This document shows, piece after piece, positions 9,162 through 16,710 of a stretch of DNA of 64,000 bases (position 1 is the first letter of the stretch; each line of letters opens with the position of its first letter). This stretch comes from an uncultured Candidatus Saccharibacteria bacterium (GTDB lineage: Bacteria > Patescibacteriota > Saccharimonadia > Saccharimonadales > CAYUUR01): the NCBI GenBank assembly GCA_964448075.1, contig CAYUUR010000004.1, positions 4,419 through 68,418 of the forward strand. Reading direction: 5' to 3'. A model generated the notes under the pieces. That model saw only the letters and a list, made by a program, of their open reading frames with translations, did no database searches and was not told the origin of the DNA. The position numbers and the translations under genes were made by a program.

Positions 9162-10389
9162 AAGTTGTTACATAGACAGCAGTGTTCAGATAATCTACAT
9201 CACGTGTAAACTGCGCAAGGTCAGGATTATGCAGCATGACGACAGCAGTCATTTTGTAACCGTCAGATGATTTACCAATTTTGTCACCTGGCCTATATTT
9301 GAGCTTGTAGTCGATTAATGAGGGCAGCTTCTGTAGTTCTGCCTCGTGTGCGATTCCAGTAAATATACCTGGTGTTTTAGGAAACAGCTCGAACACGCCA
9401 AATGGATCATTTCTCTTTGGGGCGATCAGTGGTGTTTTTCCGAGAGATAAACGCAGCGCGTTACCCGTGATATCGATACCATTTGCTATGTCATGCATAC
9501 GACTGCGGTACCCCCCGTTGCGCGCGCCAATCTCTACTATTCGTGGTCCGTCGGTTGTGAGAATAATTTCGATATGTGCTGCGGTGCTTTTCATGCCGAG
9601 TGCCCGACAGCCCAGAGCGGCAGTTTCACGAATTTCTTGGATCTTGCTTGCGGGCAGGGCAGATGGCAGTAGTCGACTATAGTGAAAGTTATCATCGTAG
9701 CCGATATCGTGTCCGGTTTGATAGTCAACGACCTCTTGTAATACAAAAGGTTGGCCAGTGCTATCTACAAACGCATCGACCGAATGGATGCTTCCTTCCA
9801 TAAATTCCTCGATGATAAACTGAGGTTTCTGATGCGGTGCATAGCGCTTATAAATTGCTGATTGTTTAGCCTGAATACGAGCAAATGATTCGAGCATCTC
9901 AGACTCGTTTGATACCTTGCTCACGAGGAGACTCTTTGCGAGGTTTGTGGGTTTGATGATCAATGGAAAAGCATGATTACGTGCGAAGTCCGTGAGGTCT
10001 TGCGCCGTGTTAACAATTGCAAAGTCTGGACTGATCTTAGCCGGCGCTTGTGCAAATAACTGGCGCATGACGAATTTGTCTGTGCAGGCTTGTGCCGCGG
10101 CAACAGGGCAACCGGCCAGGTCATATCTCTCTGCAAGTTTAGCGGCGATCACGATATATTGCTCGTAGAGCGCATAGACAGCATCAAAGGCGTGCACTTT
10201 ATGTAACTCATCAGCAGCAGCTATAATACTGGATTCATTAGAGAAGTCGCAGAGTACGCGACGCTTTATATGTTTATCTGGGTTAGCAACAGCGTGGTTG
10301 TCGCGCAGCAACACGTATTCGTTACCGTGGTCGAGGATGTATTTGTTGAGGCCACTGAAGCTCTGGCCAACGATTAAAATAGTGCTCAT
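9151..10389 (-). CDS. ATP-grasp carboxylate-amine / L-amino-acid-ligase-type enzyme
   Basis: 412 aa from ATG 10389 (listed ORF uses TTG 10398). Pre-ATP-grasp N-domain, PLIIKPTN, IIEEFMEGS, AHIEIILTTDGPRIVEIGARNGG. Its 3' end overlaps the convergent gene by 11 bp. Confidence 0.7.
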   Translation of the reverse strand: MSTILIVGQSFSGLNKYILDHGNEYVLLRDNHAVANPDKHIKRRVLCDFSNESSIIAAADELHKVHAFDAVYALYEQYIVIAAKLAERYDLAGCPVAAAQACTDKFVMRQLFAQAPAKISPDFAIVNTAQDLTDFARNHAFPLIIKPTNLAKSLLVSKVSNESEMLESFARIQAKQSAIYKRYAPHQKPQFIIEEFMEGSIHSVDAFVDSTGQPFVLQEVVDYQTGHDIGYDDNFHYSRLLPSALPASKIQEIRETAALGCRALGMKSTAAHIEIILTTDGPRIVEIGARNGGYRSRMHDIANGIDITGNALRLSLGKTPLIAPKRNDPFGVFELFPKTPGIFTGIAHEAELQKLPSLIDYKLKYRPGDKIGKSSDGYKMTAVVMLHNPDLAQFTRDVDYLNTAVYVTTSTD

Positions 10390-10391
10390 GC

Positions 10392-10420
10392 TTGACAAAA
10401 TTACCTTTTCATAATAAAAT
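10392..10420 (+). promoter_or_regulatory. candidate sigma70-type promoter TTGACA-17-TAAAAT
   Basis: Consensus TTGACA at 10392-10397, an exactly 17-nt spacer, TAAAAT at 10415-10420, 68 nt upstream of the rimB-like ATG. AAAATTACC is repeated at 10397 and 10416. Confidence 0.45.
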
Positions 10421-10487
10421 TACCATAAATTCATACAGAATTCAAGGTATTAGATACGCGTTTTGATACTATATAAGTGGTTCGTAT

Positions 10488-10985
10488 ATGAAAAAAGATT
10501 ACATTAGAAAAGTCGTTATTGGTCGCGCAGAGCTCTTGCATTTTATGGAGTTCTCGATTGCTGACGTACCCGCAAAGGTAGACACCGGCGCATATCGTTC
10601 ATCAGTCCATGCTGACAATATTGCCTTGAATGATGACGGTACAGAACTAACCTTCCGTCTACTTGGCCAACACCCCTTGTTCAAAACGGTCGCCGAGACG
10701 GTAACTACAAAGAACTTTGAGCGCGTCTGGGTGACAAATTCTTTTGGTCAAAGAGAAGAGCGGTTCGAAGTAAAGCTCAAAGTAAAGATCGGGCCAAAGG
10801 TGTTCTGGGGCAAGTTTACCTTGGCTAACCGGGCAAAGATGCTATATCCGATTCTGCTTGGACGTACGTTGCTCAATAAGCGATTTCTTGTTGACCCGTC
10901 GCTACAAGGTGTTAACAGGCTCGAATTAAAGAAGCAGTATGGTATCGTATTGCCAATAGACGAAGAAGAGGAATACAAAACATGA
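10488..10985 (+). CDS. RimK-associated retropepsin-like protease (RimB / ATP-dependent zinc protease family)
   Basis: 165 aa with AKVDTGAYRSSVHA and PILLGRTLL motifs typical of the family found next to rimK. Its stop overlaps the rimK start (ATGA). Confidence 0.75.
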   Translation: MKKDYIRKVVIGRAELLHFMEFSIADVPAKVDTGAYRSSVHADNIALNDDGTELTFRLLGQHPLFKTVAETVTTKNFERVWVTNSFGQREERFEVKLKVKIGPKVFWGKFTLANRAKMLYPILLGRTLLNKRFLVDPSLQGVNRLELKKQYGIVLPIDEEEEYKT

Positions 10986-11896
10986 ATATAGCAATTCTAT
11001 CCAATGGCCCCGGCAACTATTCAACTAAGCGTCTCAAAGAAGAGGCTTTGCTTCGTGGTCACACGGTACGCATTGTTAAGTATCGTGATTGTTATGCTGC
11101 AATCGAGCGTAGTAACCCGGCGGTAAGCTACCGAGGTGAAGATCTGCGCGGTATTGATGCTGTCATCCCGAGGATTGCTAGCAGCATGACTCGTTACGGT
11201 GCAGCTATTGTGCGTCAGTTCGAGATGCAGGGTGTGTACACGACCTCCACCTCCATTGCAATTGTACGTTCTCGCGACAAGCTGCGTAGCTTGCAGCTGC
11301 TTACTAGAACCGGTGTGGGCATCCCAAAGACTGTCTTCTCGCGGAACACTGCCGATATTGACGATTTGCTAGAGCAAGTCGGTGGCACTCCTGTTGTGAT
11401 AAAGCTGGCCCGTGGAACACACGGCAATGGCGTAGTACTGGCGGAGACCAAAAAGGCAGCCAAATCAGTACTTCAGGCGTTTTATTTGCACAACGAAGAC
11501 GGCACTAACATTCTGCTGCAGGAATTTATCGAAGAGGCTGGCGGTGAAGATATTCGTGCATTTGTGGTTGGCGGACGGGTTGTTGCCAGTATGAAGCGTC
11601 AAAGCCTTGACGATGACTTCCGTAGTAACCTACACCAAGGTGGTGAAGGTTCGGTTGTGAAGCTGACTGACGAAGAAAAGAAAACAGCCATCAAAGCCGC
11701 TCGTGCGATGGGTCTGCCAATCTGTGGCGTAGACATGATGCGCTCAACACATGGACCCCTTGTGCTTGAAGTGAATTCCAGCCCTGGTTTTGGCATCGAG
11801 AAGGTGACCGGACGTAACGTTGCGGCGCCAATTATTGATTATATCGAGCGAAACGCCACCAGCAAACGGGGCAAGCGTGATCGTATCGGCGCTTAA
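10982..11896 (+). CDS. rimK: RimK-family alpha-L-glutamate ligase (ribosomal protein S6 modification type)
   Basis: 304 aa ATP-grasp: MNIAILS.., VVIKLARGTHGNGVVLAE, ILLQEFIEEAGGEDIRAFVVGGRVV, GVDMMRS..GPLVLEVNSSPG. Confidence 0.9.
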   Translation: MNIAILSNGPGNYSTKRLKEEALLRGHTVRIVKYRDCYAAIERSNPAVSYRGEDLRGIDAVIPRIASSMTRYGAAIVRQFEMQGVYTTSTSIAIVRSRDKLRSLQLLTRTGVGIPKTVFSRNTADIDDLLEQVGGTPVVIKLARGTHGNGVVLAETKKAAKSVLQAFYLHNEDGTNILLQEFIEEAGGEDIRAFVVGGRVVASMKRQSLDDDFRSNLHQGGEGSVVKLTDEEKKTAIKAARAMGLPICGVDMMRSTHGPLVLEVNSSPGFGIEKVTGRNVAAPIIDYIERNATSKRGKRDRIGA

Positions 11897-12320
11897 GGCG
11901 CAATGGCGACTTGTTTTCGTTGTAGTATTTTTTCTGTTCTGCGCGCTGTTTGTGCCATTTCTGTATGAGCCGCGCAAGCTTGAAGTAGGATCGCAACTCT
12001 ATAGCATAGAGTACGCGAGTACGTCTGCGAAGCGCGAGATGGGGTTGTCTAATCGTGATTCCTTGCCAAGTGACACTGCCATGATTTTTGACTTTGGTAA
12101 ACCTGGTAAGTACTGCATATGGATGAAAGACATGCGTTTTCCGATCGATATTCTGTGGGTGGGTGCAGACAGGAAGGTTGCTGAAATACGACAAAACGTA
12201 CCACCAGATTCGTACCCAGAAAGTTTCTGCCCTAACACTGACGTCTCCTATGTGATTGAGCTCAATGCTGGCGAGGTAGCGCAGAGTGGTATCAGCGAAG
12301 GTGAACCTATCAGTTTTTGA
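11877..12320 (+). CDS. DUF192-domain protein with N-terminal membrane anchor
   Basis: GLSNRDSLPSDTAMIFDF..YCIWMKDMRFPIDILWV..VIELNAG matches the DUF192 pattern. There is no in-frame ATG before the domain except the listed 11820 start deep inside rimK, so in-frame GTG 11877, overlapping the rimK end, is the likelier start. Confidence 0.65.
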   Translation: MIVSALKAQWRLVFVVVFFLFCALFVPFLYEPRKLEVGSQLYSIEYASTSAKREMGLSNRDSLPSDTAMIFDFGKPGKYCIWMKDMRFPIDILWVGADRKVAEIRQNVPPDSYPESFCPNTDVSYVIELNAGEVAQSGISEGEPISF

Positions 12321-12347
12321 TTCCGCTCATGGTATGATTACTGCTAT

Positions 12348-12839
12348 ATGACGCCGTATATAATTCTTGGTATTTTGTTGGGCCTACCACTTGCTTTGGG
12401 TGTTTTATTTCGTGTTAGTGCGTCCGCGCTGTTCTTTAGTGTCATGGCTGGTGAGCTGCTTGGTCGCTATTTTCATAGTGAGGCAGGTGAAATCGCCCGA
12501 TCGTTCTTTAAGACCAACGCTGCCGCCGAATACGCTGAAGCATTCATAATCGTATTACCGATGTTCCTGACAGCACTCTTTATGCACGGATCAATATCTC
12601 GCGGCAAGACCGTCCTGCATGTTGTGCCTCTCGCAATCACTGGTATTGTACTGGCTGCATTTGTCTTGCCGATCCTACCGTACGAGATTCAACAGCAAGT
12701 TGCTACCATTCCGTTTGGTAAGCAGTTACTGGATACGCACAACATGATTATTGGCGTCGTGGTTTTGTTACAACTGATATCACTCTGGCTGCTCAGCCGT
12801 GCTCCCGGCGAGCCCCACAAAAAGAGCCACAAGAAGTAG
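12348..12839 (+). CDS. hypothetical integral membrane protein
   Basis: 163-aa ORF with about five hydrophobic helices and a basic tail. No recognisable domain. Confidence 0.55.
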   Translation: MTPYIILGILLGLPLALGVLFRVSASALFFSVMAGELLGRYFHSEAGEIARSFFKTNAAAEYAEAFIIVLPMFLTALFMHGSISRGKTVLHVVPLAITGIVLAAFVLPILPYEIQQQVATIPFGKQLLDTHNMIIGVVVLLQLISLWLLSRAPGEPHKKSHKK

Positions 12840-12868
12840 TTAACAGTCATTGTTTGTCGTCTAGCCTA

Positions 12869-13165
12869 TTAAAAGTTTAGGCTGAAACCAAAGAACCATA
12901 CAATGCTTACAGTTGCAATTACCGAGAGCGTGACGATGCTAATTACAGATAAAGATTTACGCTTTTTGAGATAGTATCCAGTAACTGCAAGAGCAAAAAC
13001 AAGTGAATACACATCCGGATGCTGTGCACCATCAAACAACAAAGCATAGTTAGAAAGGTTTGTGTTGAATGATTGCAAATAGAAAAGAGAGGCAATAAAC
13101 GCAAGAATCTCTAGAGGCTGAATTGCGTTAAGCTTATTCTGTGTTTTTTTGTTTGATTTCGGCAT
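12869..13165 (-). CDS. hypothetical small membrane protein
   Basis: 98 aa from ATG 13165 (MPKSNKKTQNK.. then three hydrophobic helices). The listed TTG start at 13243 would include the promoter-like TGTTATAAT. Confidence 0.45.
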   Translation of the reverse strand: MPKSNKKTQNKLNAIQPLEILAFIASLFYLQSFNTNLSNYALLFDGAQHPDVYSLVFALAVTGYYLKKRKSLSVISIVTLSVIATVSIVWFFGFSLNF

Positions 13166-13192
13166 AGGATACCCCACATTTAATTTACCAGA

Positions 13193-13201
13193 ATTATAAC
13201 A
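13193..13201 (-). promoter_or_regulatory. extended -10 element TGtTATAAT
   Basis: The minus strand reads TGTTATAAT (13201 down to 13193), 27 nt upstream of ATG 13165. Confidence 0.35.
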
Positions 13202-13332
13202 TAGGCATATGTACGCCGACTCTTCTGATTGACTTTTTAGCAAAAATAAGCATAATGTAAGAAGTTATTTTCCTAAGTTTGGTGCAAAAAGGAAAAGAGC
13301 AGCCCGAGCAAAACAAAGGTTTTCTCACCTAG

Positions 13333-13409
13333 GGGTCCATAGCTCAGCTGGTTAGAGCACCTGCCTTTTAAGCAGGGTGTCGTGGGTTCGAGTCCCACTG
13401 GACCCTCCA
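13333..13409 (+). tRNA. tRNA-Lys (anticodon TTT), CCA encoded
   Basis: Hand-folded cloverleaf: acceptor GGGTCCA/TGGACCC, D arm GCTC..GAGC, anticodon stem CCTGC/GCAGG with loop CTTTTAA (TTT at 13367-13369), T arm GTGGG-TTCGAGT-CCCAC, discriminator T, CCA. Confidence 0.95.
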
Positions 13410-13447
13410 ATAAAAACGCCTCATCGAAGATGGGGTATTTTTATTGG
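13407..13447 (+). terminator. hairpin whose outer stem starts with the tRNA CCA (CCAATAAAAA...TTTTTATTGG)
   Basis: Outer 10-bp A/T stem plus inner CCTCATC-GAA-GATGGGG stem containing a U-G pair (forms only in the plus-strand RNA). T-rich 3' arm. Confidence 0.6.
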
Positions 13448-13546
13448 TTGATCTCGTAGAGATTGAACGCACGAAGTGGGTGCGTTCATAAGGAGTGCGC
13501 GCAGGAATTTATTCCGAGCACATGACGCAATGGTTCGCAGAACATA
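13411..13546 (+). other. 136-nt module between direct repeats of the tRNA-Lys 3' end
   Basis: Bounded by exact 17-nt repeats (13394-13410 and 13547-13563). Contains hairpins at 13465-13487 and 13504-13515. Collinear blocks are shared with the 137-nt module at tRNA-His. Confidence 0.5.
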
Positions 13547-13563
13547 CCCACTGGACCCTCCAA
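13547..13563 (+). repeat. exact 17-nt copy of the tRNA-Lys 3' end (CCCACTGGACCCTCCAA)
   Basis: Identical to 13394-13410 (3' T-stem, acceptor 3' strand, discriminator, CCA, plus A). Confidence 0.9.
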
Positions 13564-13600
13564 ACAAAATGACTCACCATAGGTGGGTCTTTTTGTTTGG
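13560..13600 (+). terminator. second CCA-anchored hairpin (CCAAACAAAA...TTTTGTTTGG)
   Basis: Same design as 13407-13447. Inner stem GACTCACC-ATA-GGTGGGTC has one U-G pair, followed by a T-rich arm. Confidence 0.55.
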
Positions 13601-13685
13601 TAGTGTTCACCGTGTGAGTTCATCAGCAAAGCCTCGCAGAATAAAACTTATGGTAAACTGAGCGTAATACATAACAAGGATTAAT

Positions 13686-15005
13686 ATGGACGAAAACACC
13701 CCACCACAAGTTCCAAATGCTCAAGCACCCACAGAGCCAGAGCAGCCGCAACCGGCTTATAAATCGCTACCAGAAGAAGGTAATAACAAGCCAAAAAGTA
13801 AAAGAAAAATTGTTATTGTCCTCGTGGTTCTATTGCTTGTCATGGGTGTAGGTGCAGCGGCATTCTTTTTTTTCCGAAGCGAGCCGGCCGTCCAAACTAC
13901 AAATAACGCCGCAACTGAGGAACCCACCGTAAAGCCAACCCCTGCACCAACAAAGCTATGGCTCACATCCTACTACGACAAGACAGATAAGTTTGCAGAA
14001 ATTAGCTACGACGGATCTGAGGTAACATCAGTTAAACAACCCTATACTCCATCGACGAGCAGTAAATACATTGCACGAATTACTGAGAAAGGCGTAGAAG
14101 TATCAGCCGCAAGCAAGCCTGAAGAAGGTGTGGTAGTACTGGAGAAAAAGAAGGGCGAGTCAGTTGATTTTGCTTGGTATGATGATGCCGACGAGCTGAT
14201 TGTTTCAACCAAGCTTATTGCCAACAAGCCTGCAAAACCAGACCAGTACTATATTCCTGATGTTCGTCAGTCGTTTTATAAAGTAAACCCAGACGGTTCG
14301 GGTAAAGAGAAGTTGTTTGATCAACAGACAACCTACGGATCAGCATTCATTATTGGCGCATCTGACAAACGACAAGAATTCTACTGGGGAGTAGAGACGG
14401 AGGGGGGTCCAGCAGCACTACTCAACATCAGCTCTCTTGAAACCGGTGAACTTGTGAAAAAACTAAATCCAAAAGCCAATGATAGTGGAAAAATAACTAT
14501 CCTTGGCAGTAATGCGTACTATATTTCGACAGCTGACACCATCCGCAATATAAGCCTAGACACATACAAAGATAGCTTGGTAGCGAATCCTCTTGGTGAC
14601 ACAGCGGGTATCTCGACGACAGCCCTGACAGCGACATGTTCAGTCGGAGGTTCTATCGAGAGCATGATAAAAGTTTACGATAGTGCAGATACCTTACTAT
14701 TCAGCACTGTTACAAACAAGCCACATAAGAGTGGTATTTACCAATTGAATCTAGAAACAAAGAAGTACGTGAGTCTAACGGGGTTTGATTCAGTCAGACA
14801 AATAAAGTTGCTCGCGAGCACTGAAGAAAAAGTAATTTTCTCAAGAAGCGACGCAAATATATGTAACGCAAAGAACGAAAAATCAGCTCCGAGTACTATT
14901 ACTGTGTTTGACCAGGCCACCAAGAAAAGCACAGAGGTTGATATAGATAGTAGCGAAAAATATATCAATGCTTCAGTTGATTTTTTTGCCAAGCCAGCCA
15001 ACTAG
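13686..15005 (+). CDS. hypothetical N-terminally anchored extracytoplasmic protein
   Basis: 439 aa. Pro/Gln-rich N-terminus, Lys-rich stretch, one TM helix (IVIVLVVLLLVMGVGAAAFFFF), then ~370 aa with no motif I recognise. AAGGAT lies 5 nt upstream. Same architecture as 55982..57313. Confidence 0.65.
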   Translation: MDENTPPQVPNAQAPTEPEQPQPAYKSLPEEGNNKPKSKRKIVIVLVVLLLVMGVGAAAFFFFRSEPAVQTTNNAATEEPTVKPTPAPTKLWLTSYYDKTDKFAEISYDGSEVTSVKQPYTPSTSSKYIARITEKGVEVSAASKPEEGVVVLEKKKGESVDFAWYDDADELIVSTKLIANKPAKPDQYYIPDVRQSFYKVNPDGSGKEKLFDQQTTYGSAFIIGASDKRQEFYWGVETEGGPAALLNISSLETGELVKKLNPKANDSGKITILGSNAYYISTADTIRNISLDTYKDSLVANPLGDTAGISTTALTATCSVGGSIESMIKVYDSADTLLFSTVTNKPHKSGIYQLNLETKKYVSLTGFDSVRQIKLLASTEEKVIFSRSDANICNAKNEKSAPSTITVFDQATKKSTEVDIDSSEKYINASVDFFAKPAN

Positions 15006-15023
15006 TAGCCAGTCAAAACTAAA

Positions 15024-16679
15024 CTATGCAGGTGGAGGAGCAGTCACAATCTTGCGCGATTCTTTTTTGACCTGCTTACCCTGGTCGTCAACTTCATAAA
15101 CAAGTATTTCTCCAAACGGCATTTCTAGTTTGGCGACATCAGCATCGGAAATACCTTCAATGTATTTCATCAGGGCACGGATGGCGTTTCCGTGCGATAC
15201 AACCAGTACGTTCTGACCATCAAGCACTTTTGGCAGAATTTTTTCCGTATAGAACGGCACGGCACGGGCATAGACGTCTTTGAGCGATTCGCCGTTTGGC
15301 ACAGGGAAGTTCCATTCACGCCGGATGCGGTTAAATGTCTCTTCGCCGATGCTGTCGCGCATTTCCCACTTATTCTTGCCCGTATAATCGCCATAGTCAC
15401 GTTCGTTAATTGCATCACTGCGTTCAAATTGAACGTCAAATTGTTGCGAAGAATCGAGGATGCCCTCTAATGTTTCGAGCGCTCGAATCTGCTGGGATGT
15501 GAAAGCATAATCTATTGGCACATCAACAAGTTGCTGACCCAGCAAGGCAGCCTCGCGGAAGCCTTTTTCGCTCAAGTGCACATCCGTACTGCCAGTCCAC
15601 TTGCCGAGCGCGTTCCATTCTGATTCGCCATGACGAGTGATGAGCAGCTTGCCTGTTTTTTTGGTAGGAGGTTTGACCATATTGGTTGGTTTGCCTTCCA
15701 AAAAGCTGACGATGTTTTGAGCGGTCGTTTGGTTGATACGTTGGATTGCTTCGTAGGTGTTGTAGGCTATGTGTGGAGTAATGATGACATTGGGCATCTT
15801 TTTGAGTGCACTGATTTCTACACTCATCTCGAGCATACTTGTTGGTAGTTTTTCACGACGGAGCAAGAGCAGCTCTTCTTCAACGCTGAGTAGTTTTTCA
15901 CCTTCTATCACGTCAAGTCCAAGACCGCCGATTTGACCATTTTGTTTTGCCTCAAGCAGTGCTTTGGTATCAATAAGTTCACCACGGGCAGTGTTGATTA
16001 GCACTGCTCCGCGTTGCATTTTGCTGAGAGTCTCGGCGTTGATCAAGTGGTGATTTTCTGGAGTGTAGGGAATATGCAAAGACAAAACGTGACACTTCTT
16101 AATAGCCGTTTCAAAATCTACATATTCAAAGCCGATTTCCTTGGCGACCTCATCTTTTGGAAAGGGGTCGTAACCAATCACTTCCATGCCAAAGCCTCGA
16201 GCGATGCGCGCCATGTACTGGCCGATATGGCCACAGCCAAGAATCGCTAGGGTTTTGCCTTTGAGGTCATGGCCAGTGAGGGTGGGTGCATTGATGCTTC
16301 CAGACTTGACCGCTTCTAGTGTGCCGGGGATCTGCCTGGTTAAAGATAACAAAAGTGCAAAGGCATATTCAGCAACGGTGTTTTCGCCATAGGTCGGCAC
16401 ATTCACAACGACGATATTTTGAGCAGACACGGCGTTAAAGTCGATGTTGTTGTAGCCAGTCGAACGGCAAGCTATCAGACGGAGTTTGGGCATTTTGGCA
16501 ATTATTTCGGCCGTCACATCACTAGTTACAAATACGGATATAATCTCGGCTTCTGGGTCGGCATTCTCGGCGTTTATTGATTCGCCTACAAACCTATAAT
16601 CTTTCTGGACTTCATTTAATCCGTCTGTTAGATGAGACGTGTCTGTTTGGGTTGCATCATAAAAGACTATACTGGACAT
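15024..16679 (-). CDS. fusion protein: D-lactate-type D-2-hydroxyacid dehydrogenase (N) + 2,3-bisphosphoglycerate-dependent phosphoglycerate mutase (C)
   Basis: 551 aa. Residues 1-~340 carry GKTLAILGCGHIGQ (NAD fold), INTARGELID, LGLDVIEGE and ITPHIAYNT. Residues ~350-551 carry LLITRHGESEWN and VVSHGNAIRAL (histidine-phosphatase dPGM). Domain junction is near 15650. Confidence 0.9.
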   Translation of the reverse strand: MSSIVFYDATQTDTSHLTDGLNEVQKDYRFVGESINAENADPEAEIISVFVTSDVTAEIIAKMPKLRLIACRSTGYNNIDFNAVSAQNIVVVNVPTYGENTVAEYAFALLLSLTRQIPGTLEAVKSGSINAPTLTGHDLKGKTLAILGCGHIGQYMARIARGFGMEVIGYDPFPKDEVAKEIGFEYVDFETAIKKCHVLSLHIPYTPENHHLINAETLSKMQRGAVLINTARGELIDTKALLEAKQNGQIGGLGLDVIEGEKLLSVEEELLLLRREKLPTSMLEMSVEISALKKMPNVIITPHIAYNTYEAIQRINQTTAQNIVSFLEGKPTNMVKPPTKKTGKLLITRHGESEWNALGKWTGSTDVHLSEKGFREAALLGQQLVDVPIDYAFTSQQIRALETLEGILDSSQQFDVQFERSDAINERDYGDYTGKNKWEMRDSIGEETFNRIRREWNFPVPNGESLKDVYARAVPFYTEKILPKVLDGQNVLVVSHGNAIRALMKYIEGISDADVAKLEMPFGEILVYEVDDQGKQVKKESRKIVTAPPPA

Positions 16680-16710
16680 TACTACATAGTATAAGATAAG
16701 CGTAACCGTT

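Noticed and set aside
11820-11876. Upstream extension of the DUF192 ORF to the listed start at 11820
   Set aside because: It would overlap rimK by 77 bp. The in-frame GTG at 11877 gives a normal short overlap and starts right before the TM helix.
13411-13546. A complete second (tandem) tRNA or tRNA pseudogene downstream of tRNA-Lys
   Set aside because: GGGTGCG (13478-13484) could pair 6/7 with the repeated acceptor strand. However, no D arm or 5-bp/7-nt anticodon arm can be folded, so only the 3' 17 nt are truly duplicated.
13394-13685. Intact prophage or integrative island at the tRNA repeats
   Set aside because: No integrase, excisionase or phage-like gene lies within or beside any of the three repeat-flanked regions, and the inserts are only 136-216 bp.
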